Below are positions 9,284-19,520 of a stretch of 32,000 nt of DNA, piece after piece. The notes under the pieces are model-generated. The model worked only from the letters and a program-made list of their open reading frames with translations, ran no database searches and had not been told where the DNA came from. The stretch is taken from NCBI GenBank assembly GCA_001552015.1, contig CP010514.1, positions 90,001-122,000 on the forward strand, given 5' to 3'. This DNA is from Candidatus Nanopusillus acidilobi. Lineage in GTDB: Archaea; Nanobdellota; Nanobdellia; Nanobdellales; Nanobdellaceae. Positions within the stretch are counted from its first letter, which is position 1. Each line of letters starts with the position of its first letter. The translations under genes and the position numbers were made by a program.

Positions 9284-9598
9284 ATGGGTAAATCTACTAA
9301 AAGGTCTAAATCTAAAAAAACTTCTAAAGTTAATAAACCTAAAAAAGATTTAAGGGAATTATCTGAAATTGATATAACAAAACATTATTTAGTACCAAAA
9401 CATATAATATTATCTGAAGAAGAAAAGAAGGAATTATTGGAAAAGTATAAGGTATCTTTATTAGATTTACCAAAGATCAAAATCTCGGATCCTGCATTAA
9501 AGAATCTAAATGCTAAGCCAGGGGATGTTGTTAAGATTATAAGGAATAATCCATGGATTGGGGAAGAAGTATATTATAGAGTTGTTGTTGAGGATTAA
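9284..9598 (+). CDS. rpoH: DNA-directed RNA polymerase subunit H (Rpb5-like)
   Basis: [22 protein letters not shown]...[28 protein letters not shown]...YYRVVVE. Adjacent to rpoB. Confidence 0.95.
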   Translation: MGKSTKRSKSKKTSKVNKPKKDLRELSEIDITKHYLVPKHIILSEEEKKELLEKYKVSLLDLPKIKISDPALKNLNAKPGDVVKIIRNNPWIGEEVYYRVVVED

Positions 9599-9630
9599 GC
9601 TTATAAGGATATCATATATATAAATAAAAA

Positions 9631-11148
9631 GTGGCTAATAATAATATAGATAATTATATCTTATTCTATAAATACTTGGAGGAAAATGATCTCTTAGGAG
9701 TACAACTAAGGTCCTTTGAATACTTCGTTGATGTAGAAATGACAAAGATTGGAAGGGAATTGGGAACATTTTCTCCAAGATTATTGGCTCCAGGATTAAG
9801 AGATTTACAATTTAAAATAGAAAGATTGTGGTTGGGGAAGGCAGATTTTATGGAGAAAGAAGGGGTTTCCAGATTAATATATCCAATAGAAGCTAGAATT
9901 AGAGGACTTACATATGCTGGAACAGTATATATGGAATTTTCTGTATATGAAAACGAAACATTTAAGAGTAAATATCAAGTAGCTATTGGTAGATTGCCAA
10001 TAATGGTTAGATCAAAATATTGTAATACTTATGGATTATCTGAAGAGGAATTAATAAGAATTGGAGAAGATCCGACAGATAGAGGTGGATATTTTATTAT
10101 TAATGGAAATGAAAAATTAATTATATTGTCTGAAGAACTTGCTACAAACAAATTTTATGTTCAAAAAGAATCTGGTTCTATAAAATATAGTGGATATTTA
10201 TTATCAGAATCTTTAACTCAATTAAAGGCTCATAGAATGGAAATGACAAAAGATGGTTTATTATATTTATCATTTGAGAAATATAAAAGGATTCCTTTAA
10301 TACCTTTAGTAAGGGCTCTGGGTTTAGAAAAGGATGTTGAAATAAATCAACTAATTTCTGAAGGGGATGATTTTGAAGAAGTATATATTAATTTATTGGA
10401 ATTCCAAGATATAAAAACTTCTGAGGATGCAATAAGATATTTGGCTGATAAATTAAAATTAACAGGATCTCCAGAAGTTAAAAAAGAAAAATTATTATCA
10501 ATACTAGATAATTTATTATTACCGAATATTGGAACATCACCGAATGATAGATTATTAAAGGCATACAATTTATTGAAGATGGCAAGAAAGTTATTATTAT
10601 TAGCTCATGAAAAAATTGATGAAGATGTAAAAGATCACTTTGCAAATAAAATAGTTAGAACACCTGGAGAACTAATAAGAGAATATTTCTTAGTTACTTT
10701 AAGAACATTGATGACAGATGCAATGTATCAATATGAAAGGTTGGTGAAAAGAGGGAAGATACCTTCATATACATCTATATTTAGATCAAAAATATTTAGT
10801 GAGAGATTTGAAAATGTAATGGCTATTGGAAAATGGACAAGGAATAGAACTGGAATTGCGCAAGCTTTAGATAGAACAAATAAAATTTCTGTTTTATCTC
10901 ATCTAACAAGGGTTGTTTCTTCAATATCTAGTGAAGCTGAATTATTAGAAGCAAGAATGGCTCATGGTACTCATTGGGGTAGATTAGATTTAATAGAAAC
11001 ACCTGAAGGTCATGAAACTGGATTAAGAAAAAATAAAACAATATTAGCAAAAATAAGTTTTGAAGAGATTGATAAAAATGAATTAATTAGGAAATTGGAG
11101 GATATAGGATTAAGGCCAATAGTTAAAAATGTTTCAGATAAAAAATAA
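9631..11148 (+). CDS. rpoB2: DNA-directed RNA polymerase subunit B'' (N-terminal half of split B)
   Basis: 505 aa, GTG start, RNAP B N-terminal motifs (NGNEKLIILSEE, THWGRLDLIETPEGHETGLRKN). Confidence 0.95.
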   Translation: MANNNIDNYILFYKYLEENDLLGVQLRSFEYFVDVEMTKIGRELGTFSPRLLAPGLRDLQFKIERLWLGKADFMEKEGVSRLIYPIEARIRGLTYAGTVYMEFSVYENETFKSKYQVAIGRLPIMVRSKYCNTYGLSEEELIRIGEDPTDRGGYFIINGNEKLIILSEELATNKFYVQKESGSIKYSGYLLSESLTQLKAHRMEMTKDGLLYLSFEKYKRIPLIPLVRALGLEKDVEINQLISEGDDFEEVYINLLEFQDIKTSEDAIRYLADKLKLTGSPEVKKEKLLSILDNLLLPNIGTSPNDRLLKAYNLLKMARKLLLLAHEKIDEDVKDHFANKIVRTPGELIREYFLVTLRTLMTDAMYQYERLVKRGKIPSYTSIFRSKIFSERFENVMAIGKWTRNRTGIAQALDRTNKISVLSHLTRVVSSISSEAELLEARMAHGTHWGRLDLIETPEGHETGLRKNKTILAKISFEEIDKNELIRKLEDIGLRPIVKNVSDKK

Positions 11149-11150
11149 AA

Positions 11151-12953
11151 ATGGCATATGAGGTTTATGTAGATAGTATTTTTGTTGGATATGTTGATGA
11201 TGTTAATAAATTTATTGAAGAATTTAAGGAGAAGAGAAGAAAAGGTATTATTCCATATTTTGTAAATATACATTTTGATGAAACAAGGAATGTTATAGAG
11301 ATATTAACAAGAAAAGGAAGGATTTTAAGACCTTTGATTGTTGTAAAAGATGGAAAGCTATTATTAACAAAGGAGCATATTGAAAAATTAAAGAGAGGAG
11401 AAATAAAATGGTCTGATTTAGAAAAGGAAGGTATAATTGAATGGGTTGATCCTGCTGAAGAAGAAAATTTAAATGTTGCATTATATCCTGAAGATATAAA
11501 GGAAAATACAACTCATTTAGAGTTATCTTCTCTAGTAATATTTGGTATAGCTACATCTTTAGTTCCATTTTCAAATAGAAATCAATCTGCAAGATTAAAT
11601 AGAGGTGTTAGACCACAGAGACAGGCTCATGCTATATATTCATTGAATTTCCATAATAGATTCGATACTGATATATCAATTTTATATTATCCTCAATATC
11701 CGATTACTAGAACATTTTCTTTTAATATATTTAAGGATGATTATGCAATAGGACAAAATGTAATTGTTGCTGTAATGACACAGGAAGGATATAATATTGA
11801 AGATGCAATTATCATGAATAAAGGTTCAATAGATAGGGGTTTATTTAGATCTGTGTATTTTAGATCTTATGAAATAGAAAGATTAAGATATTCTGGAGGA
11901 TTACAAGATGAAATTACAATTCCAGATCCTTCTGTAGAATTATATAGAGGAAAAGATAAATATAAAAATTTAGAAGAAGATGGAATTGTTTCTGTCGAAT
12001 CATTTGTAAAGCCTGAAGAAGTTCTTGTTGGTAGGGTATCACCCCCAAGATTTATTGGTTTAACTTCTGAATCTATTGCAACAGGTTTAAGAAAGAAGGA
12101 TTCTTCATTAACTACTGGTAGTGGGGAAGAAGGGTGGGTAGATAAGGTTGTAATAACAGAATCTGATGATGGAAATTTATTAGTTAGGATAAAATTAAGG
12201 GACTTAAGAATTCCAGAACTTGGAGATAAATTTTCTGTAAGACATGGACAGAAAGGTGTTTTGGGAATGATTGTTGACCCATCAGATATGCCTTGGTCAT
12301 CTTCAGGTCTTGTTCCAGATATAATATTTTCTCCTGCTGGAATTCCTTCAAGAGAAACTGTTGGTTTATTATTAGAATTGCTTGCTGGAAAGATTGGTAG
12401 TTTAAATGGAAGGTATGTTGATGGAACTCCATGGTATGGAGAAAGTGAAGAAGAATTAAGGAAAGAATTATTATCTTTAGGATTTAGAGAAGATGGAACA
12501 GAAACATTATATAATCCTTTAACTGGAGATGAATTTAAAGTCAAAATATTTATTGGAAGTATTTATTATTTAAGATTAAAATATATGGCAAAGAACAAAT
12601 TACAAGCAAGAGCAACAGGTCCTGTTACTTTATTAACAAGACAACCAACAGAAGGTAAATCAAAGAAAGGTGGTTTGAAATTCAGTGAAATGGAACATGA
12701 AGTTCTTGCTGCTCATGGTGCTTCTATATTATTAAGGGAAATGTATTCTTCTGATGATACAACAATTTATGTTTGTGAAAAATGTGGTTCTCTTGCTGTT
12801 GAAGATAATATAAGAAATAGGGTTTATTGTCCTGTTTGTGGTGAAACTGAAAAAATATCAAAAGTTAAGGTTTCTTATGCATTCTACTTATTATTAAATG
12901 AATTAATTTCTCTTGGAATTTGGCCTAAGCTTAAGTTAAATTATAAGTTTTAA
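11151..12953 (+). CDS. rpoB1: DNA-directed RNA polymerase subunit B' (C-terminal half of split B)
   Basis: 600 aa with GYNIEDAIIMNKGSIDRG, GDKFSVRHGQKGVLGMI, FSEMEHEVLAAHGAS, and a zinc ribbon CEKCGSLAVE...CPVCGE. Confidence 0.97.
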   Translation: MAYEVYVDSIFVGYVDDVNKFIEEFKEKRRKGIIPYFVNIHFDETRNVIEILTRKGRILRPLIVVKDGKLLLTKEHIEKLKRGEIKWSDLEKEGIIEWVDPAEEENLNVALYPEDIKENTTHLELSSLVIFGIATSLVPFSNRNQSARLNRGVRPQRQAHAIYSLNFHNRFDTDISILYYPQYPITRTFSFNIFKDDYAIGQNVIVAVMTQEGYNIEDAIIMNKGSIDRGLFRSVYFRSYEIERLRYSGGLQDEITIPDPSVELYRGKDKYKNLEEDGIVSVESFVKPEEVLVGRVSPPRFIGLTSESIATGLRKKDSSLTTGSGEEGWVDKVVITESDDGNLLVRIKLRDLRIPELGDKFSVRHGQKGVLGMIVDPSDMPWSSSGLVPDIIFSPAGIPSRETVGLLLELLAGKIGSLNGRYVDGTPWYGESEEELRKELLSLGFREDGTETLYNPLTGDEFKVKIFIGSIYYLRLKYMAKNKLQARATGPVTLLTRQPTEGKSKKGGLKFSEMEHEVLAAHGASILLREMYSSDDTTIYVCEKCGSLAVEDNIRNRVYCPVCGETEKISKVKVSYAFYLLLNELISLGIWPKLKLNYKF

Positions 12954-15625
12954 TGATGGACGATATATTTTTCAAAAGAATTTCTGAAATTCAATATTCC
13001 CTATTAAGTCCAGATACAATAAGAAAAATGTCTGCAGCAAAAATAATTGTATCAGAGTTATATGATGAAGATGGAACCCCAATAAGGGGTGGATTAATGG
13101 ATTTAAGATTGGGAGTAGTAGATCCAAGTTATGTATGTGAAACATGTGGAAAAACTGCAGGAAAGTGCCTTGGTCATTTTGGTCATATTGAATTAGCAAG
13201 ACCAGTATTGCATCCAGAATTTTTGCCAATTGTTAAAGAATTAGTAAATGCTGTTTGTCATAATTGTGGTCATGTAAAATTAACGAAAGAAGAAAGAGAA
13301 TTTGCATTAAATAAAATAGAAAAGTATAAAAATGCAAAAAGATGGAATAAATTATATAAATTTATAGTTAAGTTTGTATATTCTAGAGCTAAAAAAAGAT
13401 CAAAATGTCCTGTATGTGGATATGAAAATCCAAAAGTTGAATTTAGAAAACCATTTCACTTTTATGTTAAGGATAAGGAAAATGAAAGAAGAATGTATCC
13501 TGTTGAAATAAGATCAATATTTGAAAAAATACCAAATGAAGATTTACCATTAATTGGATTTGATCCATCATCTTCTAGACCAGAATGGATGATATTAACA
13601 GTTTTACCTGTACCTCCAGTAACAATGAGACCTTCGATAGTTTTGGAAACTGGAGAGAGAGCAGAAGATGATTTAACTCATAAATTGGTTGATATTGTAA
13701 GAACAAATCAAAGATTAAAAGAAGATATAACAACAGGAGCCCCTCAAGTTATTGTAGATGATATATATAATTTATTACAATATCATGTATTTACATATTT
13801 CAATAATACCTTACCAAATGTCCCGAAGGCTCAACATAGATCTGGAAAACCATTAAAATCATTAGTTGAAAGAATCTCTGGAAAGGAAGGAATAATTAGA
13901 AGATATTTGCTTGGAAAAAGAATAAATTATAGTTCAAGGGCAGTTATTAGTCCAGATACGAAAATAAAACCAAATGAGGTTGGAATACCATTATATGTTG
14001 CAAAAACATTAACAGTTCCTGAAAGGGTTACTGAATGGAATATTGAAAAAATGAGGGAATATATATTGAATGGACCTGAAAAATATCCAGGTGCAAATTA
14101 TGTAATATCTCCGGATGGAAGAAAAAGAGTAATTACTGAAGAAAATAAAGAAACAATTGCCTCAATGATTGCACCAGGATGGATTGTTGAAAGACATTTA
14201 ATGGATGGAGATATTGTATTACTATTAAGATATCCTTCTTTACATAGATTATCAATGATGGGTCATTATGCTAAAATACTTCCAGGAAATACTTTTAGAA
14301 TAAATCCAATAATATGTAGACCTTATAATGCAGATTTTGATGGAGATGAGATGAATGTATTCTTACCAAGAAGTGAGGAAGCAAGAGCAGAAGCAGAATT
14401 TTTAGCAGAAATATCAAATAATTATATTACTCCAAGGTATGGGGACTTTATTGTTGGTATGATTCAAGAAATGATAACAGGATTATATTTAATAACGCAG
14501 GATGATGTAAAAATACCAATTAATCAAGCTGCACAGTTAGTATATATGTCTAATGCTAATGATAAAGATTTAGATAAATTATCTAATATTATTAAAAAAG
14601 CTAAAGAAGAAGGTAGAGATTATTTAACTGGAAAGGAAGTTGCTTCAATATTTTTGCCAGATGACTTTAATTTTGAAAATGATAAAATAAAGATAGAAAA
14701 TGGAATGATAGTCAGAGGATATCTTGATTCAAGTTTAATAAAGGCAGAAAAAGGTAGATTATTTGTTGTATTATATAAATTATATGGAAAAGAATATTTA
14801 ACAGATTTATTACAAAAATATAGCTTATTAGGAATATATTATCAATATAATTTAGGAATTACAATGTCTATTTCAGATTTTGATTTACCAAAAGAAGCAA
14901 AAGAAGAAATAAAAAAGATAGTAGATGATACACAAAAAACAGTGGATGATCTATATAAGCAATATACTGAAGGAACTCTTGAAAGGATTGCTGGTAGAAG
15001 TTTACAGGAAACATATGAATTAAAATCTATGCAGACAATATCTGAAAGTGTTACAAAAATACAAGATGTTCTTAGGAAATATATGAAAAAAGATACTGGT
15101 ACATATATTATGTCTGTAACTGGTGCAAGAGGTGATTGGCAGAATGCTGTTAGGATGGTTGGATCTTTAGGATTTCAAGCATTTAGAGGAAGATTTATAG
15201 ATTTTGGTTATAGAGGAAGGAATTTATCAATATTTGAAAGAAATGTATATCATCCAAAATATCATGGTTGGGTAATAAGTTCTTATAGAGATGGATTAAA
15301 ACCATGGGAAATGTTCTTCCATGCATTACCTGGTAGGGATTCTTTAATGGATACTGCAATAAGAACTGCTCAATCTGGATATTTCTATAGAAGATTAGTA
15401 TTAAGTTTATATGATCTACATGTAAATGATGATTTAACTGTTAGAGATGCCTATAATAGGATTGTACAATTTGTTTATGGAGGTGATGGTGTTGCAGTAC
15501 ATAAATCAATAAATGGAAAATTAGATGTAAATTTACTGGCCCAAATTTTAAAACCTTATGTCGAAAATAATAAAGATGGAACTACCAGAAAAAATAAAAA
15601 AGGATCTAGAAAAAATAGAAGATGA
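12953..15625 (+). CDS. rpoA1: DNA-directed RNA polymerase subunit A'
   Basis: 890 aa with CETCGKTAGKCLGHFGHIEL and the active-site motif YNADFDGDEMNVF. Confidence 0.97.
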   Translation: MMDDIFFKRISEIQYSLLSPDTIRKMSAAKIIVSELYDEDGTPIRGGLMDLRLGVVDPSYVCETCGKTAGKCLGHFGHIELARPVLHPEFLPIVKELVNAVCHNCGHVKLTKEEREFALNKIEKYKNAKRWNKLYKFIVKFVYSRAKKRSKCPVCGYENPKVEFRKPFHFYVKDKENERRMYPVEIRSIFEKIPNEDLPLIGFDPSSSRPEWMILTVLPVPPVTMRPSIVLETGERAEDDLTHKLVDIVRTNQRLKEDITTGAPQVIVDDIYNLLQYHVFTYFNNTLPNVPKAQHRSGKPLKSLVERISGKEGIIRRYLLGKRINYSSRAVISPDTKIKPNEVGIPLYVAKTLTVPERVTEWNIEKMREYILNGPEKYPGANYVISPDGRKRVITEENKETIASMIAPGWIVERHLMDGDIVLLLRYPSLHRLSMMGHYAKILPGNTFRINPIICRPYNADFDGDEMNVFLPRSEEARAEAEFLAEISNNYITPRYGDFIVGMIQEMITGLYLITQDDVKIPINQAAQLVYMSNANDKDLDKLSNIIKKAKEEGRDYLTGKEVASIFLPDDFNFENDKIKIENGMIVRGYLDSSLIKAEKGRLFVVLYKLYGKEYLTDLLQKYSLLGIYYQYNLGITMSISDFDLPKEAKEEIKKIVDDTQKTVDDLYKQYTEGTLERIAGRSLQETYELKSMQTISESVTKIQDVLRKYMKKDTGTYIMSVTGARGDWQNAVRMVGSLGFQAFRGRFIDFGYRGRNLSIFERNVYHPKYHGWVISSYRDGLKPWEMFFHALPGRDSLMDTAIRTAQSGYFYRRLVLSLYDLHVNDDLTVRDAYNRIVQFVYGGDGVAVHKSINGKLDVNLLAQILKPYVENNKDGTTRKNKKGSRKNRR

Positions 15626-16676
15626 AAAATTAAGAAAAATTGTAGAAGATTTTTCATATAAATTTATAATAGATCCAGGTGAACCTGCTGGTATAGTTGC
15701 TGCTCAATCAATTGCAGAACCAACTACACAGATGATATTAAGATCATTCCACTTTGTAGGTATATCTGCTCAGCAGGTTTCTTTGGGTTTACCTAGAATC
15801 ACAGAAATTACTGATGCAAAAAAGAAAATGAAACAGAGATATATGATAATAAGGTTATTGGATGAATATAAAAATGATTTAAATGTAGTCCAAAATGTTG
15901 CAAAAAAGATAAAGGAATTATTATTGGAAGATCTCTTATCATCAATAACATTGGATGTATTTGAAAATAAAATAATTATTAGTTTGGATAAAGAAAAATT
16001 GAAGAATGAAGAATTAACATTTGATGAAGTATATAGAATATTAAAAAAGAAAATAAAGAAATATAAGGTTGAGAGTGATAAGCAAAATATATATGTAATT
16101 GCTTCAAAATTATCTGCTAGGGAATTATATTTGCTTAAAGAAATGGTAAAGAAAATATTAATAAAAGGAATAAAAGGAATTAAGGATGCAACTATATATA
16201 AGGATGAAAAAAATAACGAATATGTAATATATACTGTTGGATCTAATTTATTAGAAATTATGAAAATACCGGAGGTAGATTATACAAGAGTATATACAAA
16301 TGATCTAAGAGAAATAGAAAAGGTTTTTGGAATAGAAGCTACTAGAGCTGCAATATTACAGGAATTAGTTAAATTATATGAAGATCAGGGTCTTAGTGTA
16401 AATGTAAGACACTTTATGTTAGTAGCAGATATGTTGACATGGTATGGTACATATTTAGGTATAAATAGATATGGATTACATGCAGAAAAAGAATCTACAT
16501 TATCAAAAGCAGCATTTGAAACTCCAATTTCTATATTTGTTAGGTCTTCAATGATGGGACAGTCTGATAAGGTATTAAGTGGAATAGATAATGTTATAAT
16601 GAATCAACCAATATACTTAGGTACAGGTTTATATGATATATATTTTGTAGGAAATAAAAAGGAAGATAAGGAATAA
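15558..16676 (+). CDS. rpoA2: DNA-directed RNA polymerase subunit A''
   Basis: PGEPAGIVAAQSIAEPTTQMILRSFHFVGI...VSLGLPRITEI...ANVRHFMLVADMLTW-type motifs. Start may instead be the in-frame ATG at 15573. Confidence 0.95.
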   Translation: MSKIIKMELPEKIKKDLEKIEDEKLRKIVEDFSYKFIIDPGEPAGIVAAQSIAEPTTQMILRSFHFVGISAQQVSLGLPRITEITDAKKKMKQRYMIIRLLDEYKNDLNVVQNVAKKIKELLLEDLLSSITLDVFENKIIISLDKEKLKNEELTFDEVYRILKKKIKKYKVESDKQNIYVIASKLSARELYLLKEMVKKILIKGIKGIKDATIYKDEKNNEYVIYTVGSNLLEIMKIPEVDYTRVYTNDLREIEKVFGIEATRAAILQELVKLYEDQGLSVNVRHFMLVADMLTWYGTYLGINRYGLHAEKESTLSKAAFETPISIFVRSSMMGQSDKVLSGIDNVIMNQPIYLGTGLYDIYFVGNKKEDKE

Positions 16677-16702
16677 AAATATTTTTTATATAGATAAATT
16701 TT

Positions 16703-16975
16703 ATGGTAACATTTGATGATTTAAGAAAGAAAATTGTTGATGAGAAAAAGATAGTTATTGGATATAATAGAACTTTGAAAAAGATTAAAAGAGGAGAGGT
16801 AGAAAAAATATTTTTAGCAAAAAATGTTCCTGAAAATATAAAAAAGGACATAGAATATTATCAGAAGTTGGGAAATTTTGAAGTAGAGGTATTAAATTAC
16901 TCAAATGAAGAAGTAGGTTTGCTATTGAAAAAGCCATTTAAAATTTCTGTTATATCTATATTAAAGAATGGCTAA
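16703..16975 (+). CDS. rpl30e: Ribosomal protein L30e (L7Ae family)
   Basis: 90 aa: [34 protein letters not shown]. Located between rpoA'' and rps12, as is typical in archaea. Confidence 0.85.
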   Translation: MVTFDDLRKKIVDEKKIVIGYNRTLKKIKRGEVEKIFLAKNVPENIKKDIEYYQKLGNFEVEVLNYSNEEVGLLLKKPFKISVISILKNG

Positions 16976-17396
16976 TGGATTATTTGCTGCTAAGAAATTA
17001 GTTGAAAATAGAAAAAAATTTAGATGGAGTAAGAAAGAATGGAAGAGAAGAATATTGAAATTAAAAGAAAAATATGATCCTTTGGAAGGAAGTCCAATGG
17101 CATCAGGAATTGTATTAGAAAAAGTACAGATTGAAAAAAGACAGCCATATTCTGGAATGATAAAATGTGTAAAAGTGCAATTAAAGAAAAATGGAAAAAT
17201 TGTTACATCATTTGCTCCAGGTGATAAGGCAATAAAATATATTGATGAACATGATGAAGTATTAATAGTTGGAATAGGAGGACCAAAGGGAAGAACTATA
17301 GGTTCAATACCTGGAGTAAGATATAAGGTAATACTAGTAAATGGACAACCTTTGGAATTATTAAGAAAGGGTAAGATAGAAAAAGCTAGAAGATAG
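16968..17396 (+). CDS. rps12: Ribosomal protein S12
   Basis: [43 protein letters not shown]...[23 protein letters not shown]. Confidence 0.97.
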   Translation: MANGLFAAKKLVENRKKFRWSKKEWKRRILKLKEKYDPLEGSPMASGIVLEKVQIEKRQPYSGMIKCVKVQLKKNGKIVTSFAPGDKAIKYIDEHDEVLIVGIGGPKGRTIGSIPGVRYKVILVNGQPLELLRKGKIEKARR

Positions 17397-17480
17397 TTTC
17401 TTATTTTAATAATTTTATATATGCAATTTTATTATAGAAAGAAGAAGAAATAGTTGCTATTTTCTAATAACAAAAACAAT

Positions 17481-17490
17481 ATTTATATAA
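17481..17490 (+). promoter_or_regulatory. Candidate TATA box for the inserted membrane protein gene
   Basis: ATTTATATAA centred about 25 nt upstream of the ATG at 17511. Confidence 0.45.
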
Positions 17491-17510
17491 TTTTATTACA
17501 TAAAAAATAA

Positions 17511-18326
17511 ATGGTATATAGCCTATTGGTAGCTATAGGTTATTATATTGGTTTTTTAGTAGTAGGTGGCTTAATAGGTTATTTTGTTGGATGGATAGTA
17601 TATAAAGTATTGGACTGGCTATTTGCAAAATATATAAAAATAGGGAATTTATATGAGAAATTAAAATCAACATTTAGCAAAATGCCAGAAATAAATGTAG
17701 CAAGCCTATTATCATATTTAGTTGGAATAATATTAGGAATATTAGTATTTAATGATATATTGTCATTGATGCCAAATGTATTAACAGCAACACAGTATTC
17801 TTATGTAACTAATGTATTACAATGGACAATGATGGTTTCTTCTTCATTATTGTTAATATCGATAGTTGTATTAATAATAGCAGCTGGTGTAATATTCTCA
17901 ATATTCTTTACATCATATCTATATATATTAATTGAAGGATATAATGAATATGTAGCAGAATTATTGAAACTATTACTATTTGTAGGATTTGTATGGATAA
18001 TAACATACTATTCTCTAGGATTATTAGGATTCCAATCTACATTATTTAATAATATAATAAGTGTATTTGTTGTATTATCAATTGGATTAATTGTAATGAA
18101 GTATATAACAGAAAATGTAAACGAAAATTCATATTATAAGAATGTAAAACCATTCATTCAAGTATTTATATATTCAATATTCGTTATATCATCGCTATCA
18201 GTATTAACTGTTGGATATTCAAATATTTCAACAAGTATAGAGAGCATATTTGCATGGGGCTTCGTAGTACTATTTGTACTAACACTAATACCAATTTTAG
18301 TTAAGGCAATAAGAGAATCAGAATAA
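17511..18326 (+). CDS. Polytopic membrane protein of unknown function
   Basis: 271 aa with several TM segments. Clear ATG and upstream TATA-like box. Lies between rps12 and rps7. Confidence 0.85.
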   Translation: MVYSLLVAIGYYIGFLVVGGLIGYFVGWIVYKVLDWLFAKYIKIGNLYEKLKSTFSKMPEINVASLLSYLVGIILGILVFNDILSLMPNVLTATQYSYVTNVLQWTMMVSSSLLLISIVVLIIAAGVIFSIFFTSYLYILIEGYNEYVAELLKLLLFVGFVWIITYYSLGLLGFQSTLFNNIISVFVVLSIGLIVMKYITENVNENSYYKNVKPFIQVFIYSIFVISSLSVLTVGYSNISTSIESIFAWGFVVLFVLTLIPILVKAIRESE

Positions 18327-18357
18327 TTTTTTAATTTATCTTTTAATATTATTTTTA

Positions 18358-18963
18358 ATGGTAAATAATATTGATGATTTGAAATTTCTTGGAAGGTGGA
18401 AATATGAAATAGATGTAGAAGATGAAACATTAAGAGCATTTATGAATTTAAAACCATATGTTGTTCCAAAGACAAATGGTAGATATCAAAATAGAAGATT
18501 TGGAAGAAAAAATATGCCAATTATAGAGAGATTAATTGGTAGATTAATGACACCAGGTCATTATGGGGGAAAGCATAAGTTTACATCATATTATGCTTCT
18601 GGAGAATATCATAAAGTATTAAAAATATTAGTTGAGGCATTTGAAATAATTGAAAAAGAAACAAAACAAAATCCAATAAAAGTATTGACAAAAGCAATAG
18701 AAAATGCTGCTCCAAGAGAAGAAATAACAAATATAGAAATGGGTGGTGCAAGATATCCAAAAGCAGTAGATATTTCACCTTTAAGAAGAATTGATTTGGC
18801 TATAAGGCATATTGTTTGGGGAGCATATCATAGTTCTAGAAATAAAAAAGATATGGCAAGTGCATTGGCAAAAGAAATAATAAATGCGTATAATAATTCT
18901 GTAGAATCATTTGCAATACAAAAGAAATTAGAACTAGAAAGATTGGCATCTTCTTCTAGATGA
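18358..18963 (+). CDS. rps7: Ribosomal protein S7
   Basis: GRRFGRKNMPIIERLIGRLM...GGKHKFTSYYASGEYHKVLKILVEAFEIIEKETKQNPIKVLTKAIENAAPREE. Confidence 0.96.
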   Translation: MVNNIDDLKFLGRWKYEIDVEDETLRAFMNLKPYVVPKTNGRYQNRRFGRKNMPIIERLIGRLMTPGHYGGKHKFTSYYASGEYHKVLKILVEAFEIIEKETKQNPIKVLTKAIENAAPREEITNIEMGGARYPKAVDISPLRRIDLAIRHIVWGAYHSSRNKKDMASALAKEIINAYNNSVESFAIQKKLELERLASSSR

Positions 18964-18998
18964 TTTGTTTATAAAGCTATAAAAGTAATTTTTATTTT

Positions 18999-19484
18999 AT
19001 GAGCCCGCGGAGTCTCGTACCGAAAAAAGTTTTCTTTACCTCTGGTATAGGTATAGCGGATGATCCACTATTAAGTTTTGAATATGCATTGAGAGAAGCA
19101 AAAATAGAAAAGTTTAATCTAGTTCCAGTATCTAGTATAGCACCACCGAATGTAAAAATTATAGATATAGATGAGGGATTAAAATATTTAAAGGCAGGTC
19201 AGATTGTATTTTGTGTTCTAGCAAGATTTACATCAAATGAAGAGGGTAAAGAAATATTCTCATCAGTTGGAGTAGCATTACCCAAGGATAAAAAATATAA
19301 TGGATATTTTACGGAATACCATGGATATTATACTGGAAAAGAAGAAGGATATGCAAAAAATATGGCGAAAAATATGCTAGAGTCTATGTATAATATAGAA
19401 ATAGATAAGGAATTTGAAATATTTAGAAAAACAAAGGTAGAAAAATATAGTACTGTTATATCAGCAGCTGTATTTATTCTTTAA
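18999..19484 (+). CDS. pdaD: Pyruvoyl-dependent arginine decarboxylase
   Basis: SLVPKKVFFTSGIG...NLVPVSSIAPP (serine cleavage/pyruvoyl region)...HGYYTGKEEGYAKNMAKNML. Confidence 0.9.
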   Translation: MSPRSLVPKKVFFTSGIGIADDPLLSFEYALREAKIEKFNLVPVSSIAPPNVKIIDIDEGLKYLKAGQIVFCVLARFTSNEEGKEIFSSVGVALPKDKKYNGYFTEYHGYYTGKEEGYAKNMAKNMLESMYNIEIDKEFEIFRKTKVEKYSTVISAAVFIL

Positions 19485-19520
19485 ATAAATTTTTTAAATA
19501 CATAAACCATAAACATTTTT

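Noticed and set aside
11867-12544. 225-aa ORF antisense to rpoB'
   Set aside because: Opposite strand of an unmistakable RNAP B' gene, with a low-complexity Ser/Pro-rich translation typical of an antisense frame.
10347-13229. ORFs 10347..10568, 11010..11273, 11293..11511, 12184..12432 and 12972..13229 (minus strand)
   Set aside because: All antisense to rpoB''/B'/A' with low-complexity translations.
16594-16851. 85-aa minus-strand ORF
   Set aside because: Antisense to the rpoA'' end and rpl30e, with no supporting motif.
18158-18778. ORFs 18158..18439 and 18581..18778 (minus strand)
   Set aside because: Antisense to the membrane protein and rps7 genes.
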